Source: Ferroglobus placidus DSM 10642
GTDB lineage: Archaea; Halobacteriota; Archaeoglobi; Archaeoglobales; Archaeoglobaceae
Direction: 5' to 3'
Assembly (NCBI RefSeq): GCF_000025505.1
Contig: NC_013849.1
Coordinates: 630,001-662,000, forward strand
Length of the DNA stretch: 32,000 nt
Under the pieces are notes generated by a model that saw only the letters and a list, made by a program, of their open reading frames with translations, was not told the origin of the DNA and made no database searches. This document shows positions 15,303 to 25,274 of the stretch, piece after piece (position 1 is the first letter of the stretch; each line of letters begins with the position of its first letter). Made by a program: the position numbers and the translations under genes.

Positions 15303-15628
15303 TCAAGAAGCTTCTTGAAGAGAGGGAAAAAAGGAGAAAAATATTTGAAAATTATATTTGCTATGCTGAAGAAATCAAGAAAATTGCGAAGAAGTATTTC
15401 GGCGACGCAAGAATCTACGTTTTCGGTTCGGTCGTGGAGAAAAGGTATCACGTGATGCTTTCGGACATCGATATAGCGGTTGTTACATCAAATTTCGACA
15501 AGGAAAGAGCTCTGAAGCTTAAAGTTGAGATTGAGAAGAAGTTTGGGGAAATCTTTCAAATCCACGTTTTGAGCGAGAGGGAATGGAAATTTTACTTAAA
15601 CTTCGTTAAAAAGTTCGTGGAGGTTTAA
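15293..15628 (+). CDS. minimal nucleotidyltransferase (MNT/MntA-like)
   Basis: It has the pol-beta-type motif VFGSVVEKRYHVMLSDIDIAVV (GS...DxD), is 111 aa long, and is translationally coupled to the HEPN gene. Confidence 0.8.
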   Translation: MDIVKKLLEEREKRRKIFENYICYAEEIKKIAKKYFGDARIYVFGSVVEKRYHVMLSDIDIAVVTSNFDKERALKLKVEIEKKFGEIFQIHVLSEREWKFYLNFVKKFVEV

Positions 15629-15633
15629 AAAAT

Positions 15634-16685
<1,052 letters not shown>

Positions 16686-16719
16686 CTTCAATTTACTTTG
16701 TTGAAAACTGTCATTTGAG

Positions 16720-18102
16720 ATGAGGAAAACGAAAATCGTCGCAACACTCGGTCCATCGAGCGAGAGTTACGAAGTTATTGAAAAGCTCGTCCAGGCTGGA
16801 ATGGATGTGGCGAGAATAAACATGGCTTTCGGCAGTAGAAGATATCACTCGAAACTTATCGAAGCCGTTAGAGAAGCGTCCGAAGAAGTAAGGAGAAATG
16901 TGGCAATTCTCGGAGACCTTTCCGGAGCTAAATTGAGAATAGGCGAATTGAAAAAGCCGTTGACGCTCCACAGAGGAGAGAGTGTTGTGATTGTTAAGAG
17001 TGAAAGTGGCGAGGACGCAATTCCCGTTCCCCATTCGGAGTTCTTCGAGAGAGTTAAAGCTGGAGAAATTATTCATCTTGCTGACGGATCGATAAAACTG
17101 AGGGTAATCGAAGTTGAAAAGAGTAAGGTGGTTGCTGAAGTAATCGAGGGTGGAGTGCTTACCTCTTACAAGGGTATAAGCTTTCCCGGGCTTTGTAGAG
17201 TTGGACTGACCAAAAAAGACATCCGAGATCTCGAATTCTTACTTGGAAAGGAGGTTGAACTAATTGCTCTTTCTTTCGTAACATCTAAAGAGGACGTGCT
17301 GAAGTTAAAGGAGCTTGCTGAAGAAACAGCAGTTATTGCGAAAATAGAGAGGAGGGAAGCCGTGGAAAATCTCGGCGAGATAGTGAAGGCTTCCGACGGA
17401 ATAATGATCGCAAGAGGGGATTTGGGAGTGGAAGTCTCCATTGAGGAGGTGCCGGTAATACAGAAGAGAGCGATAAAGCTTGCCAACGAAGAGGGGAAAT
17501 TTGCCATTACCGCAACGCAGATGCTGAAGTCAATGGTCGTTCAAAAAGAGCCGACGAGAGCCGAAGTAACTGATGTTGCCAATGCGGTTCTCGATGGAAG
17601 CGACGCTTTAATGCTTTCCGAGGAGACGGCATCGGGAAACTATCCGGTGGAGGCTGTGAAAATTATGGACAGAATAATCAGAAGAGCGGAATCCATTTAC
17701 CATTATCTGCAAGAGAGAAGCGTGAGAAGCGTAACGGAAGCCATAGCGTATTCGGCAGCCAGAATTTCCGAGGAACTAAAAGCTGAGGCTATAGTAGTCT
17801 TTACGAGAACCGGGTCTTCAGCTATTCAAATTTCGAGGTTTAGACCGAGGGCGAAAATTTTGGTCGTGGCTCACGACAAAAGAACGCTTAGGAAATCGTC
17901 TATCGTCTGGGGTTGCCATCCGCTTTGCTCGGTCCCTCCGAAAGGGAACGTTGATGAACTAATCTCCGAGGCGATAAGTACTGCCGTTGAGAGGAAATTG
18001 GTTAAAAAAGACAGTCTTGTTGTAGTTACTTCCGGAATGCCTTTTGGCGAGCCGGGAACGACTAATACGATAAAGGTTCTCAGAGTCGATGACGTAGTTT
18101 GA
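16720..18102 (+). CDS. pyk: pyruvate kinase
   Basis: It contains MRKTKIVATLGPSS, GMDVARINMAFG, MIARGDLGVE and TQMLKSM motifs. Confidence 0.92.
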   Translation: MRKTKIVATLGPSSESYEVIEKLVQAGMDVARINMAFGSRRYHSKLIEAVREASEEVRRNVAILGDLSGAKLRIGELKKPLTLHRGESVVIVKSESGEDAIPVPHSEFFERVKAGEIIHLADGSIKLRVIEVEKSKVVAEVIEGGVLTSYKGISFPGLCRVGLTKKDIRDLEFLLGKEVELIALSFVTSKEDVLKLKELAEETAVIAKIERREAVENLGEIVKASDGIMIARGDLGVEVSIEEVPVIQKRAIKLANEEGKFAITATQMLKSMVVQKEPTRAEVTDVANAVLDGSDALMLSEETASGNYPVEAVKIMDRIIRRAESIYHYLQERSVRSVTEAIAYSAARISEELKAEAIVVFTRTGSSAIQISRFRPRAKILVVAHDKRTLRKSSIVWGCHPLCSVPPKGNVDELISEAISTAVERKLVKKDSLVVVTSGMPFGEPGTTNTIKVLRVDDVV

Positions 18103-18114
18103 AAAATGTCTTCT

Positions 18115-20541
18115 TTACCCCCTTTCCTTTCTTTTTATAGGTGGCACGTAGTTCTTCATCAACAGCGAATTGGTAACGACGCTAACGCTGCTCATCGCCA
18201 TAGCCAAACCAGCAAATTCCGGCTTGAAAACTACGCCGAAAATCGGGTAAAGAGCTCCCGCTGCTACGGGAATAAGAGACGTGTTGTATATCATTGCCCA
18301 GAAGAGGTTTTGCTTTATTTTGCTCAGAGTTTTCTCGCTGAGCTGTATGGCTGCAACGACGTCTCTCAAATCGTCTCTCATTAAAACTATATCTCCGCTC
18401 TCCAAAGCTATGTCGGTTCCGCTTCCCATCGCTATTCCTAAATCCGCCTGAGCTAAAGCCGGAGCGTCGTTGATTCCATCTCCAACAAAAGCTACGATTT
18501 CTCCTTTCTCCTGCAGCTTTTTCACTTCCTCAGCCTTTTGGTGTGGAAGAACTTCCGCAAGAACCTCGTCAATTCCAAGCTTTCTTGCGATCGCTTCAGC
18601 TACCCTTCTGTTATCTCCCGTCATCATAGCAACTTTTTTCCCCATCTTGTGGAGTTCTTCGATAGCTTCTTTTGCAGTCTCCTTGATAGTGTCTGCTATT
18701 CCAATAACTCCAACTATTCTCCCGTTTAAAGCTACGAGGATAGCTGTTTTCGCCTCCTCTTCTAATTTCCTCAAAACTTCCTCCACTTTTCCATCGAAAC
18801 TCAAGCCCTTTTCAATCATCAGCTGTCTGCTGCCGACTAAAATCCTATCTCCGTTCAAAGATGCCACGACTCCCTTTCCAGCTAAAAACTCAAACTTCTC
18901 CGGCTCTTCTATCTCTATCCCCTCGCTTTTCGCTTTTCTCAAAATCGCCTCAGCGAGAGGATGCTCGCTTCTTTTTTCTGCACTTGCTGCAATTTTCAAA
19001 ACCTCTCTTTCTCCACCGTCAGAAAAAGCTATGACGTCAGTAACTTCGGGTTTTCCTTTAGTTAACGTTCCCGTTTTGTCGAATACAACAACGCTCACTT
19101 TTCTTGCGATCTCCAAAGCTTCTCCGTTCTTTATCAATATTCCAAGCTCCGCTCCTTTCCCCATTCCTACCGTTAATGCTGTTGGAGTTGCCAATCCGAA
19201 AGCACAGGGGCAGGCTATAACCAAAACAGCCACGAGAGTTGTGAAGGCGAAGAGTGCCGGAGCTTTAGCTATGAAATACCAGTAAACGAACGAGCCTATT
19301 GCTATGCTTAAAACCACCGGGATGAAGTAGGTAACGATTTTGTCAGCCAGCCTTTGTATCGGCGGTTTACTTCCCAAAGCCTCCTCAACGAGTTTTATTA
19401 TCTGAGCTAATACTGTTTCGCTACCAACTCTTGTCGCTCTTATCTTCAAAACGCCGTTCTTGTTAATCGTTCCTCCTACAACTTCGTCGCCAACCCTCTT
19501 CAAATTCGGAATAGGCTCTCCGGTAATCATCGACTCGTCGACGTAACTTTCACCTTCTATCACAATTCCATCAACTGGAATTTTCTCTCCGGGCTTTACC
19601 ACTATTACGTCACCAACTCTCACCTCTCCGACATCCACCTCCACCTCTTTACCATCTCTAACGACTGTCGCTTTTTTAGCTTGCAAGCCTATAAGCTTCT
19701 TTATAGCTTCGCTCGTCTTTCCTTTGGCTATAGCTTCGAGAGTTCTGCCGAGGAGAAGGAAGGCTAAAAGTAAAACCGCAGTTTCGTAGAACAGGTAATC
19801 CTCGGGAAGGAAGCCAAGAGTCGAGAAAACGCTTGCAGTAAATGCAGAACCAACACCGAGAGAATACATTACGTCCATGTTCAGGTTTTTGTGTCTGAGC
19901 GATCTAATGGCTGAGAGAAACATGTCTTTTCCCGAGTAAACCATTACAGGAGCTGCGAGGAGGAATTGCACGACACCAATCAGCTCTTTTTCGAGTTGAA
20001 AACCAACGAATTTTCCGTACTGGATAACGAGCAGAATCGATCCTATTACGGCTGCAAAAGCCAACTTCTTCTTCAAAACCTTAATGTGGTCTTCCTTTTC
20101 AATCTTTTCTTCCTCACTTATTCCGAGAAATCTGTAACCGACTTCTTCTATAGCTTTCCTTATCTCTTCCAAACTCGTTTCTTCGGGAACGAAAACGACT
20201 TTAGCCGTTTCGGTAGCTAAGTTAACCGATACGCTTTTCACTCCGGGAAGATTCGATAAAGCTCTTTCGATCGTTTTTGCACACGCTGAGCACGTCATTC
20301 CACCGATCCTCACATTAACAACTTTTTCAGGCAACACAACTCCATATCCGGCTTTTTCGACTTTTTCTGCTAACTCTTTGATACTAACGTCTTTTTCCAG
20401 CTCTATGACAGCGCTTTCGTTTGCCAAATTGACCTTTACATCCTTAACACCTTCTACTTCCCTCAAAACCGATTCAACGACTCTTGCGCAGCTCGCGCAA
20501 CTCATTCCGGTAATCTTAACTTTCTTGACTTTACGGCTCAT
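18115..20541 (-). CDS. copA: copper-translocating P1B-type ATPase
   Basis: It has two N-terminal HMA domains ([16 protein letters not shown]), the CPC transmembrane motif ([12 protein letters not shown]), the phosphorylation site DKTGTLT, and the hinge GDGINDAP. Confidence 0.95.
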   Translation of the reverse strand: MSRKVKKVKITGMSCASCARVVESVLREVEGVKDVKVNLANESAVIELEKDVSIKELAEKVEKAGYGVVLPEKVVNVRIGGMTCSACAKTIERALSNLPGVKSVSVNLATETAKVVFVPEETSLEEIRKAIEEVGYRFLGISEEEKIEKEDHIKVLKKKLAFAAVIGSILLVIQYGKFVGFQLEKELIGVVQFLLAAPVMVYSGKDMFLSAIRSLRHKNLNMDVMYSLGVGSAFTASVFSTLGFLPEDYLFYETAVLLLAFLLLGRTLEAIAKGKTSEAIKKLIGLQAKKATVVRDGKEVEVDVGEVRVGDVIVVKPGEKIPVDGIVIEGESYVDESMITGEPIPNLKRVGDEVVGGTINKNGVLKIRATRVGSETVLAQIIKLVEEALGSKPPIQRLADKIVTYFIPVVLSIAIGSFVYWYFIAKAPALFAFTTLVAVLVIACPCAFGLATPTALTVGMGKGAELGILIKNGEALEIARKVSVVVFDKTGTLTKGKPEVTDVIAFSDGGEREVLKIAASAEKRSEHPLAEAILRKAKSEGIEIEEPEKFEFLAGKGVVASLNGDRILVGSRQLMIEKGLSFDGKVEEVLRKLEEEAKTAILVALNGRIVGVIGIADTIKETAKEAIEELHKMGKKVAMMTGDNRRVAEAIARKLGIDEVLAEVLPHQKAEEVKKLQEKGEIVAFVGDGINDAPALAQADLGIAMGSGTDIALESGDIVLMRDDLRDVVAAIQLSEKTLSKIKQNLFWAMIYNTSLIPVAAGALYPIFGVVFKPEFAGLAMAMSSVSVVTNSLLMKNYVPPIKRKERG

Positions 20542-20636
20542 CGAAGAGTCTACGTTAAAAGCTTAGATATACCTCTCCTTTGACGAATTGTTAAATTGCT
20601 CAGAAAAATTTTTAACTATTTTAGTGAGTTGGAATC

Positions 20637-21155
20637 GTGGACGAGTACGATTTGAAAATTCTGAACATTTTAAAAGAGAATGCGAGAACCCCTTTATCGG
20701 AAATAGCCAAAATGGTGGGTTTGAGCAGGCAGACTGTGAAGAGCAGAATAGAAAAGCTCGAAAAGGAAGGGGTGATAAGGAAATACACGATTGAAATCGC
20801 TAAAGATCTTGAAAACGAAGTGGTTCTTGTTGTGGAAGAAGATGATGTTAAAAAGATCCTTGAAGCTGAAAGAGTAGCGGAGGTTCTTAGAGTGGCGAGT
20901 AACAAGTTCTTAGTGAGGTTGAAAGCTGAGAACCTTGAAGAGGTTAGGGAAGTCGTTAAAAGCTGGAAGATCCTCGATTCCTACATAGTTTTTGAAAAGT
21001 GGAAGAAGGATGAGGATGTAATCTCTGTGGTAAGCTTTAGGTGCGATTACTGCGGAAAGAAGCTCGTGGACAAGCCTATTGTGTACAAATACCATAACAG
21101 AGTGTACTTCCTCTGCTGCAAAACGTGTTTGGAGGAGTTTAAAAAATTGGTGTAA
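20637..21155 (+). CDS. Lrp/AsnC-type HTH regulator with C-terminal TRASH metal-binding domain (copper-responsive regulator type)
   Basis: It has a GTG start. The N-terminal segment DEYDLKILNILKENARTPLSEIAKMVGLSRQTVKSRIEKLEKEGVI is Lrp-like. The C-terminal segment CDYCGKK...YFLCCKTCLEEF is TRASH-like. It is divergent from copA, as in the Sulfolobus cop locus. Confidence 0.8.
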   Translation: MDEYDLKILNILKENARTPLSEIAKMVGLSRQTVKSRIEKLEKEGVIRKYTIEIAKDLENEVVLVVEEDDVKKILEAERVAEVLRVASNKFLVRLKAENLEEVREVVKSWKILDSYIVFEKWKKDEDVISVVSFRCDYCGKKLVDKPIVYKYHNRVYFLCCKTCLEEFKKLV

Positions 21156-21157
21156 AA

Positions 21158-22441
21158 TTAGATTATACCTTCCTTCTTCAGCCTTTCCATTTCCTTATCA
21201 TCCAGCCCGAGGAGTTTCCTGTAAATCAGAGGATTGTCTTCTCCAACTTTCCTTCCTAACCATTTAACCCTTGGCGGCGTTTCGCTCATCTTCTGACAGA
21301 CTCCCTGGACTATAAGCTCCTTCCCGTCTCCTCTAATTTTAATCAAAGCCCCCCTCTCGTACCAGTGTTTGAACTCGATCGTCTCTATCGGCTTTAAAAC
21401 TTCTCCGGCAACTGTCACTCCTTCCCCTTTGTAAGAAAGCCAGATTTCCAGAAGCTCTTTTCTCGTGTGCTGCATCGTGAACTTCTCTATCTCCCTCGTC
21501 ATCGGAATCCAGTTTTTGGGATTTGTTCTATCCTTTATCGTCGGATACTTCTCCACGAGATCTTCCCTTCCGATTATGCTGCAGAGAGCTTTCCAGTTCG
21601 GATCCGTGTAGCCAGCTATGAAAACCATTCCATCCTTCGCTCTGAAGTAGTTGTAGGCGTAAGCAGCGGGCTCGAAATTCCCGCTTCTTTCTATAACCTT
21701 TCCCGTTAGGTGGTAGAAGTGAAGAGCATAGTTATTTAAACACATTAAAGCTTCGGCTGGGCTGAGATCGATCATACATCCTTCTCCACTTCTTTCTCTC
21801 GAAATTAACGCTGCAACTATTGATAGGGCTGCGAAAGCTCCTCCTGCATACCACCCCATCCAGTTACCCATCTTGGTTGGAACTCTCGTGTGCTCCGGAA
21901 ACTCCTCGTAATCTTCGGGAATTCCGGTTGTGTAGGCAAATCCGCTCATAGCCTGAGCTATAACATCGTAATCTCCAAAGTTAAACCCTCTTTCGTAACC
22001 GTGGATGTGTATGGAGCAGTAGATTAGCATGGGGTTGATTTTCCTCAAGTTCTCGTAATCTATCCCCATTCTCTCGACGTAGTCTCTTGGGAATGTGTGA
22101 ATTAAAACGTCGCTCCTCTCGACAATCTTTTTGAAAATTTCAACTCCTTTCTCTTTTTCCAAGTTCAGAGTTATGTGGTACTTGTTTCTGCTCTCTGCGA
22201 AGTAAGCCAAACCTTGGTCGGAAATCTTCAGATTTCTGGGAGAAAACTTCCTCGCTATATCTCCTTCCGGTGGCTCTACCCTTATAACCTCTGCACCCAT
22301 CTCAGCTAATAACGAAGAGGCGAACAGTCCAGCGAAGCTTCCGTAGCTGGCATCTATAACTCTAACTCCATCGAGAGCTTCGGGTTTTTGCAGCGAATCT
22401 TCGGGATCTGTAATCTTTCTTGCTATTTCATTCCATTCCAT
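21158..22441 (-). CDS. family III CoA-transferase (CaiB/BaiF/Frc family), paralogue 2
   Basis: It contains LDGVRVIDAS...AEMGAEVIRVEPP and the catalytic-Asp region GDYDVIAQAMSGFAYTTG. ATG 22441 with SD GAGGTGG is preferred over the track's GTG 22450. Confidence 0.85.
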   Translation of the reverse strand: MEWNEIARKITDPEDSLQKPEALDGVRVIDASYGSFAGLFASSLLAEMGAEVIRVEPPEGDIARKFSPRNLKISDQGLAYFAESRNKYHITLNLEKEKGVEIFKKIVERSDVLIHTFPRDYVERMGIDYENLRKINPMLIYCSIHIHGYERGFNFGDYDVIAQAMSGFAYTTGIPEDYEEFPEHTRVPTKMGNWMGWYAGGAFAALSIVAALISRERSGEGCMIDLSPAEALMCLNNYALHFYHLTGKVIERSGNFEPAAYAYNYFRAKDGMVFIAGYTDPNWKALCSIIGREDLVEKYPTIKDRTNPKNWIPMTREIEKFTMQHTRKELLEIWLSYKGEGVTVAGEVLKPIETIEFKHWYERGALIKIRGDGKELIVQGVCQKMSETPPRVKWLGRKVGEDNPLIYRKLLGLDDKEMERLKKEGII

Positions 22442-22451
22442 TTTTACCACC

Positions 22452-23708
22452 TCAGTAGAAAGCTCTATTCTCCTTTCCTTCTGGCGGGGCTGTAGTTGGA
22501 ATGCTTTCGTCCCACTTCCCTATGACTTCCTTTTCGTATAACTCCCTAAGCTTCTCATCGCTCAAGCCGAGAATTCTTTTGAAAACGTGTTCGTTGTCAA
22601 AGCCAACAGGACGCATACTCCAAAGAACTTTTAACTCGGCATTTGAGAAGTGTAAGGCAAAGGGATAGCAGAGTTCTTCGTAGATTGGATCAAAGAATAT
22701 CTGAACGGCACTTCTTTTTCTGTAGTGTTCACTCTCGTAGATGTCCTTCGAGTTCATCACTTTCGAGGCGGCAAAGCCACTTTCCTCAGCTTTTCTCAAA
22801 ATCTCCTCAACGCTCTTATTTTTAACCCACTCTTCGACAGCTTTGTAAATTTCCTCTGAGTTTTCGACTCTCTTCTCGTAATCCACGAACTTTTCTAAAT
22901 CTTCTCTACCCATCGCTTCGCATAAAGCTAAATACTCGTCATCTCTCACAGCAGCTATAGCTACAAAGCCGTCTTTTGCTTTCGCTATGCAGGAAACTAC
23001 TACCGCTGGATCTCTATTTCCGTATCTCCTCCTATTCTCTCCAGTTAGGGATATGTAGAGCCAAGTCCAGTCCATCGCTCTCATCAACACTTCTGCCTGA
23101 CTCACGTCTATGAACTGACCCTTTCCGCTCTTGTTTCTCCAGTAGAGAGCTGCCAACGTCGTAAAAGCCGCCACTGTTCCGCTAAGAAAGTCTCCTATCC
23201 ACGCTTGAGATTTCACGGGAATTGCCTCTTCAAATCCGGTTATTTCGGCAAGTCCGGTTATTCCCTGAGCGTAAGCATCGTAGCTCGGTCTCTCCCAAAG
23301 CTCTCCCCAGTTTCCGAAACCCTGCATGCTGACGTAGATAAGCCTTGGATTTATTTTACTGAGCTGCCTGTAGCCGATTCCCCACCTGTCAAAAGTTCCA
23401 GGCTTGAAGTTTTCCATCAAAACGTCGCATTTAGCTGCTAATTTCCTTATCAGCTCTTTTCCTTCTTCCTTTCTCATATCTATGGCTACGAAGTACTTGT
23501 TTGCGTTGCAACACATCATTCCGGGGGAAAGGTTTCTCGGAAAAACACCTCCCGGAGAAACGAGCCTAATCAGAGTGTCTCCGCTTTTCGGCATTTCCAC
23601 GTGAATAACTTCAGCTCCGAGCAAAGCCAATAGTGTTGCTGCCCAGGGTCCGTAGATAACCCTTGTTATGTCGAGGACTCGAACACCTTCGAGGGGCAAT
23701 TTCTTCAT
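22452..23708 (-). CDS. family III CoA-transferase (CaiB/BaiF/Frc family), paralogue 1
   Basis: It contains LEGVRVLDITRVIYGPWAATLLALLGAEVIHVE and PSYDAYAQGITGLAEITG (catalytic Asp region). Its stop lies inside the SD of the next gene. Confidence 0.85.
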   Translation of the reverse strand: MKKLPLEGVRVLDITRVIYGPWAATLLALLGAEVIHVEMPKSGDTLIRLVSPGGVFPRNLSPGMMCCNANKYFVAIDMRKEEGKELIRKLAAKCDVLMENFKPGTFDRWGIGYRQLSKINPRLIYVSMQGFGNWGELWERPSYDAYAQGITGLAEITGFEEAIPVKSQAWIGDFLSGTVAAFTTLAALYWRNKSGKGQFIDVSQAEVLMRAMDWTWLYISLTGENRRRYGNRDPAVVVSCIAKAKDGFVAIAAVRDDEYLALCEAMGREDLEKFVDYEKRVENSEEIYKAVEEWVKNKSVEEILRKAEESGFAASKVMNSKDIYESEHYRKRSAVQIFFDPIYEELCYPFALHFSNAELKVLWSMRPVGFDNEHVFKRILGLSDEKLRELYEKEVIGKWDESIPTTAPPEGKENRAFY

Positions 23709-23741
23709 GTTAAATTGTTAGAATTTTCAAGTATTTATTCC

Positions 23742-24425
23742 TTACACTTCCACTATTTCATCCTGAATAATTTTGAATGCGAGAAGCGGAGGAAGTTGAG
23801 GAAATATGCTGTGAAGAATTTCTACCTCGTATTCTCTCCTTCCCATGCTGTAAAGCTTTTCCGATTTTTTAACACTCAGCACGAGATCGAAGAGGTACGC
23901 TATGCTTTCGTCAACTTCTGACATTATCGGAATCAACGTTACTCCTCTGAAGTTTCCGATGGAAGAAATAAACTTTTCTAAATTTTCGAAAAATACTTTC
24001 TCTCCGCAGATTCTGTAAAAAAGAAACATTCCGTCGTATACGATCAAAGCTTTTTCGTCCAGCTTTTTAACGATACTCGCAAGGTCGTGGAAAACTCCTT
24101 CAATGTCTTCCACCATCTCTATGTAAGCGAAGAGATTGTTGTTGAAAACCTCTTTACTCCTTCCGATTTTTATTGCTTTTACGTTCTTCAAAACTTCTCC
24201 AATTTTTTCATCAACTTTTGAAAGGTTTTCGAAGAACTTCTTTGTCCTTATGTCGTTCATGTCCGTGAAAATTATGTAATAAACATCTCCATCTTTAAAG
24301 AGCTTCATCATCTCTTTTACAATTATTCCAGCCCCGTAGCTATCGTCGTAAATCAAACCTACTGAGTTCTTAACTGCAAATTCAACAAATTCTTTGAACT
24401 TCACGTGAAAAAATATGTTAGTCAT
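23742..24425 (-). CDS. hypothetical protein, RecA/KaiC-like fold suspected but without a P-loop
   Basis: The 227-aa ORF is clean and has good codon character. Its segment order resembles KaiC/RAD55-type ATPase domains: GLIYDDSYGAGIIV where Walker A would sit, ALIVYDG as a Walker-B-like strand, and a C-terminal ...YEVEILHS...FKIIQDEIVEV. No GK[ST] occurs anywhere. The family call is weak. Confidence 0.4.
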   Translation of the reverse strand: MTNIFFHVKFKEFVEFAVKNSVGLIYDDSYGAGIIVKEMMKLFKDGDVYYIIFTDMNDIRTKKFFENLSKVDEKIGEVLKNVKAIKIGRSKEVFNNNLFAYIEMVEDIEGVFHDLASIVKKLDEKALIVYDGMFLFYRICGEKVFFENLEKFISSIGNFRGVTLIPIMSEVDESIAYLFDLVLSVKKSEKLYSMGRREYEVEILHSIFPQLPPLLAFKIIQDEIVEV

Positions 24426-24480
24426 AGTACTTTAATTTTTTTTCGATTGGAGGGTAAAGGCAGAAGAATATTCGGCGGCA

Positions 24481-24493
24481 AAAAATATATATT
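24481..24493 (+). promoter_or_regulatory. candidate TATA box for rps8e
   Basis: aaaaatatatatt lies about 40 nt upstream of ATG 24530, and the SD AGGAGGTG (24517-24524) lies between them. Confidence 0.35.
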
Positions 24494-24529
24494 GAGAGAT
24501 CGAGCACATCGAGTTCAGGAGGTGTAACG

Positions 24530-24916
24530 ATGATCTGGCAGGGTAGGAGTAGGAGGAAGCCGACTGGTGGTTTGTACAAACCGCACAGGAAGAAGAGAAA
24601 GTACGAACTGGGAAGGGAGCCAGCGGAAACTCACGTAGGTGAGAGAAAGGTAAAGAGGGTTAGAGTTAGGGGTGGTAACTACAAGATAAAGCTCTTCGCC
24701 GACAAATACGCTAACGTTTACGTTCCTTCCGAAGGAAAGGTTGTGAGAGCTGAAATCGAGAGCGTTGTCGAAAACAAAGCTCACATGCACTACGCGAGAA
24801 GAAACGTAATTACCAAAGGAGCTATAATCAAAACGAGCGTAGGACTTGCGAAGGTTACGAACAGACCGAGTCAGGAAGGGGTAATAAATGCTGTTCTCAT
24901 AGAACAGGCCAGCTAA
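24530..24916 (+). CDS. rps8e: 30S ribosomal protein S8e (eS8)
   Basis: [31 protein letters not shown]...VRVRGGNYK is the canonical S8e N-terminus. Confidence 0.92.
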   Translation: MIWQGRSRRKPTGGLYKPHRKKRKYELGREPAETHVGERKVKRVRVRGGNYKIKLFADKYANVYVPSEGKVVRAEIESVVENKAHMHYARRNVITKGAIIKTSVGLAKVTNRPSQEGVINAVLIEQAS

Positions 24917-24932
24917 AAAATTTAAGGTATTT

Positions 24933-25163
24933 TTAACTTTCTCTCGTTCTCTTAATACTGCTCGGAACTTTGCTCCTTTCGATTTCCGCAACAACAAAGC
25001 TCAAGCTTGCGGCAATAGCGAGACATAGTATCGCTCCGTATCCGAGCACTTTCATAGTCACGCCAAGATCCGGCAGACCTCCGTAGGAATAAGACAGCAA
25101 AACAGAACTCATCAACACGTACACTCCGAAGATCAACCCCCACAGGGTAGGGAGGTGTCTCAT
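24933..25163 (-). CDS. small two-helix membrane protein, function unknown
   Basis: It has two hydrophobic segments (LWGLIFGVYVLMSSVLL, LGYGAILCLAIAASLSFVV). ATG 25163 is preceded by GGTGGT, and the track's TTG 25175 is less likely. There are no recognisable motifs. Confidence 0.45.
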   Translation of the reverse strand: MRHLPTLWGLIFGVYVLMSSVLLSYSYGGLPDLGVTMKVLGYGAILCLAIAASLSFVVAEIERSKVPSSIKRTRES

Positions 25164-25274
25164 ATTTACCACCAATACTACTTAACGATGTTTATCGTTT
25201 AAATATTTTTCCATTGAAAATGATGATATACCAATTCGGGAAGAACTTAAATAGTTCTCCTGGAATTTACCTCT

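Noticed and set aside
18470-19285. 271-aa plus-strand ORF inside copA
   Set aside because: It is antisense to CopA. The translation is S/T/F/P-rich low complexity without motifs.
20604-20613. 10-bp perfect palindrome aaaaattttt in the copA/regulator spacer
   Set aside because: It is pure A/T homopolymer symmetry within a TATA-like region. That is expected by chance in AT-rich promoter DNA, so it is not reported as an operator.
25220-25226. C-box-like ATGATGA in the spacer upstream of moeA (possible C/D box sRNA)
   Set aside because: There is no CTGA D or D' box at the expected spacing on either strand, and no terminal stem.
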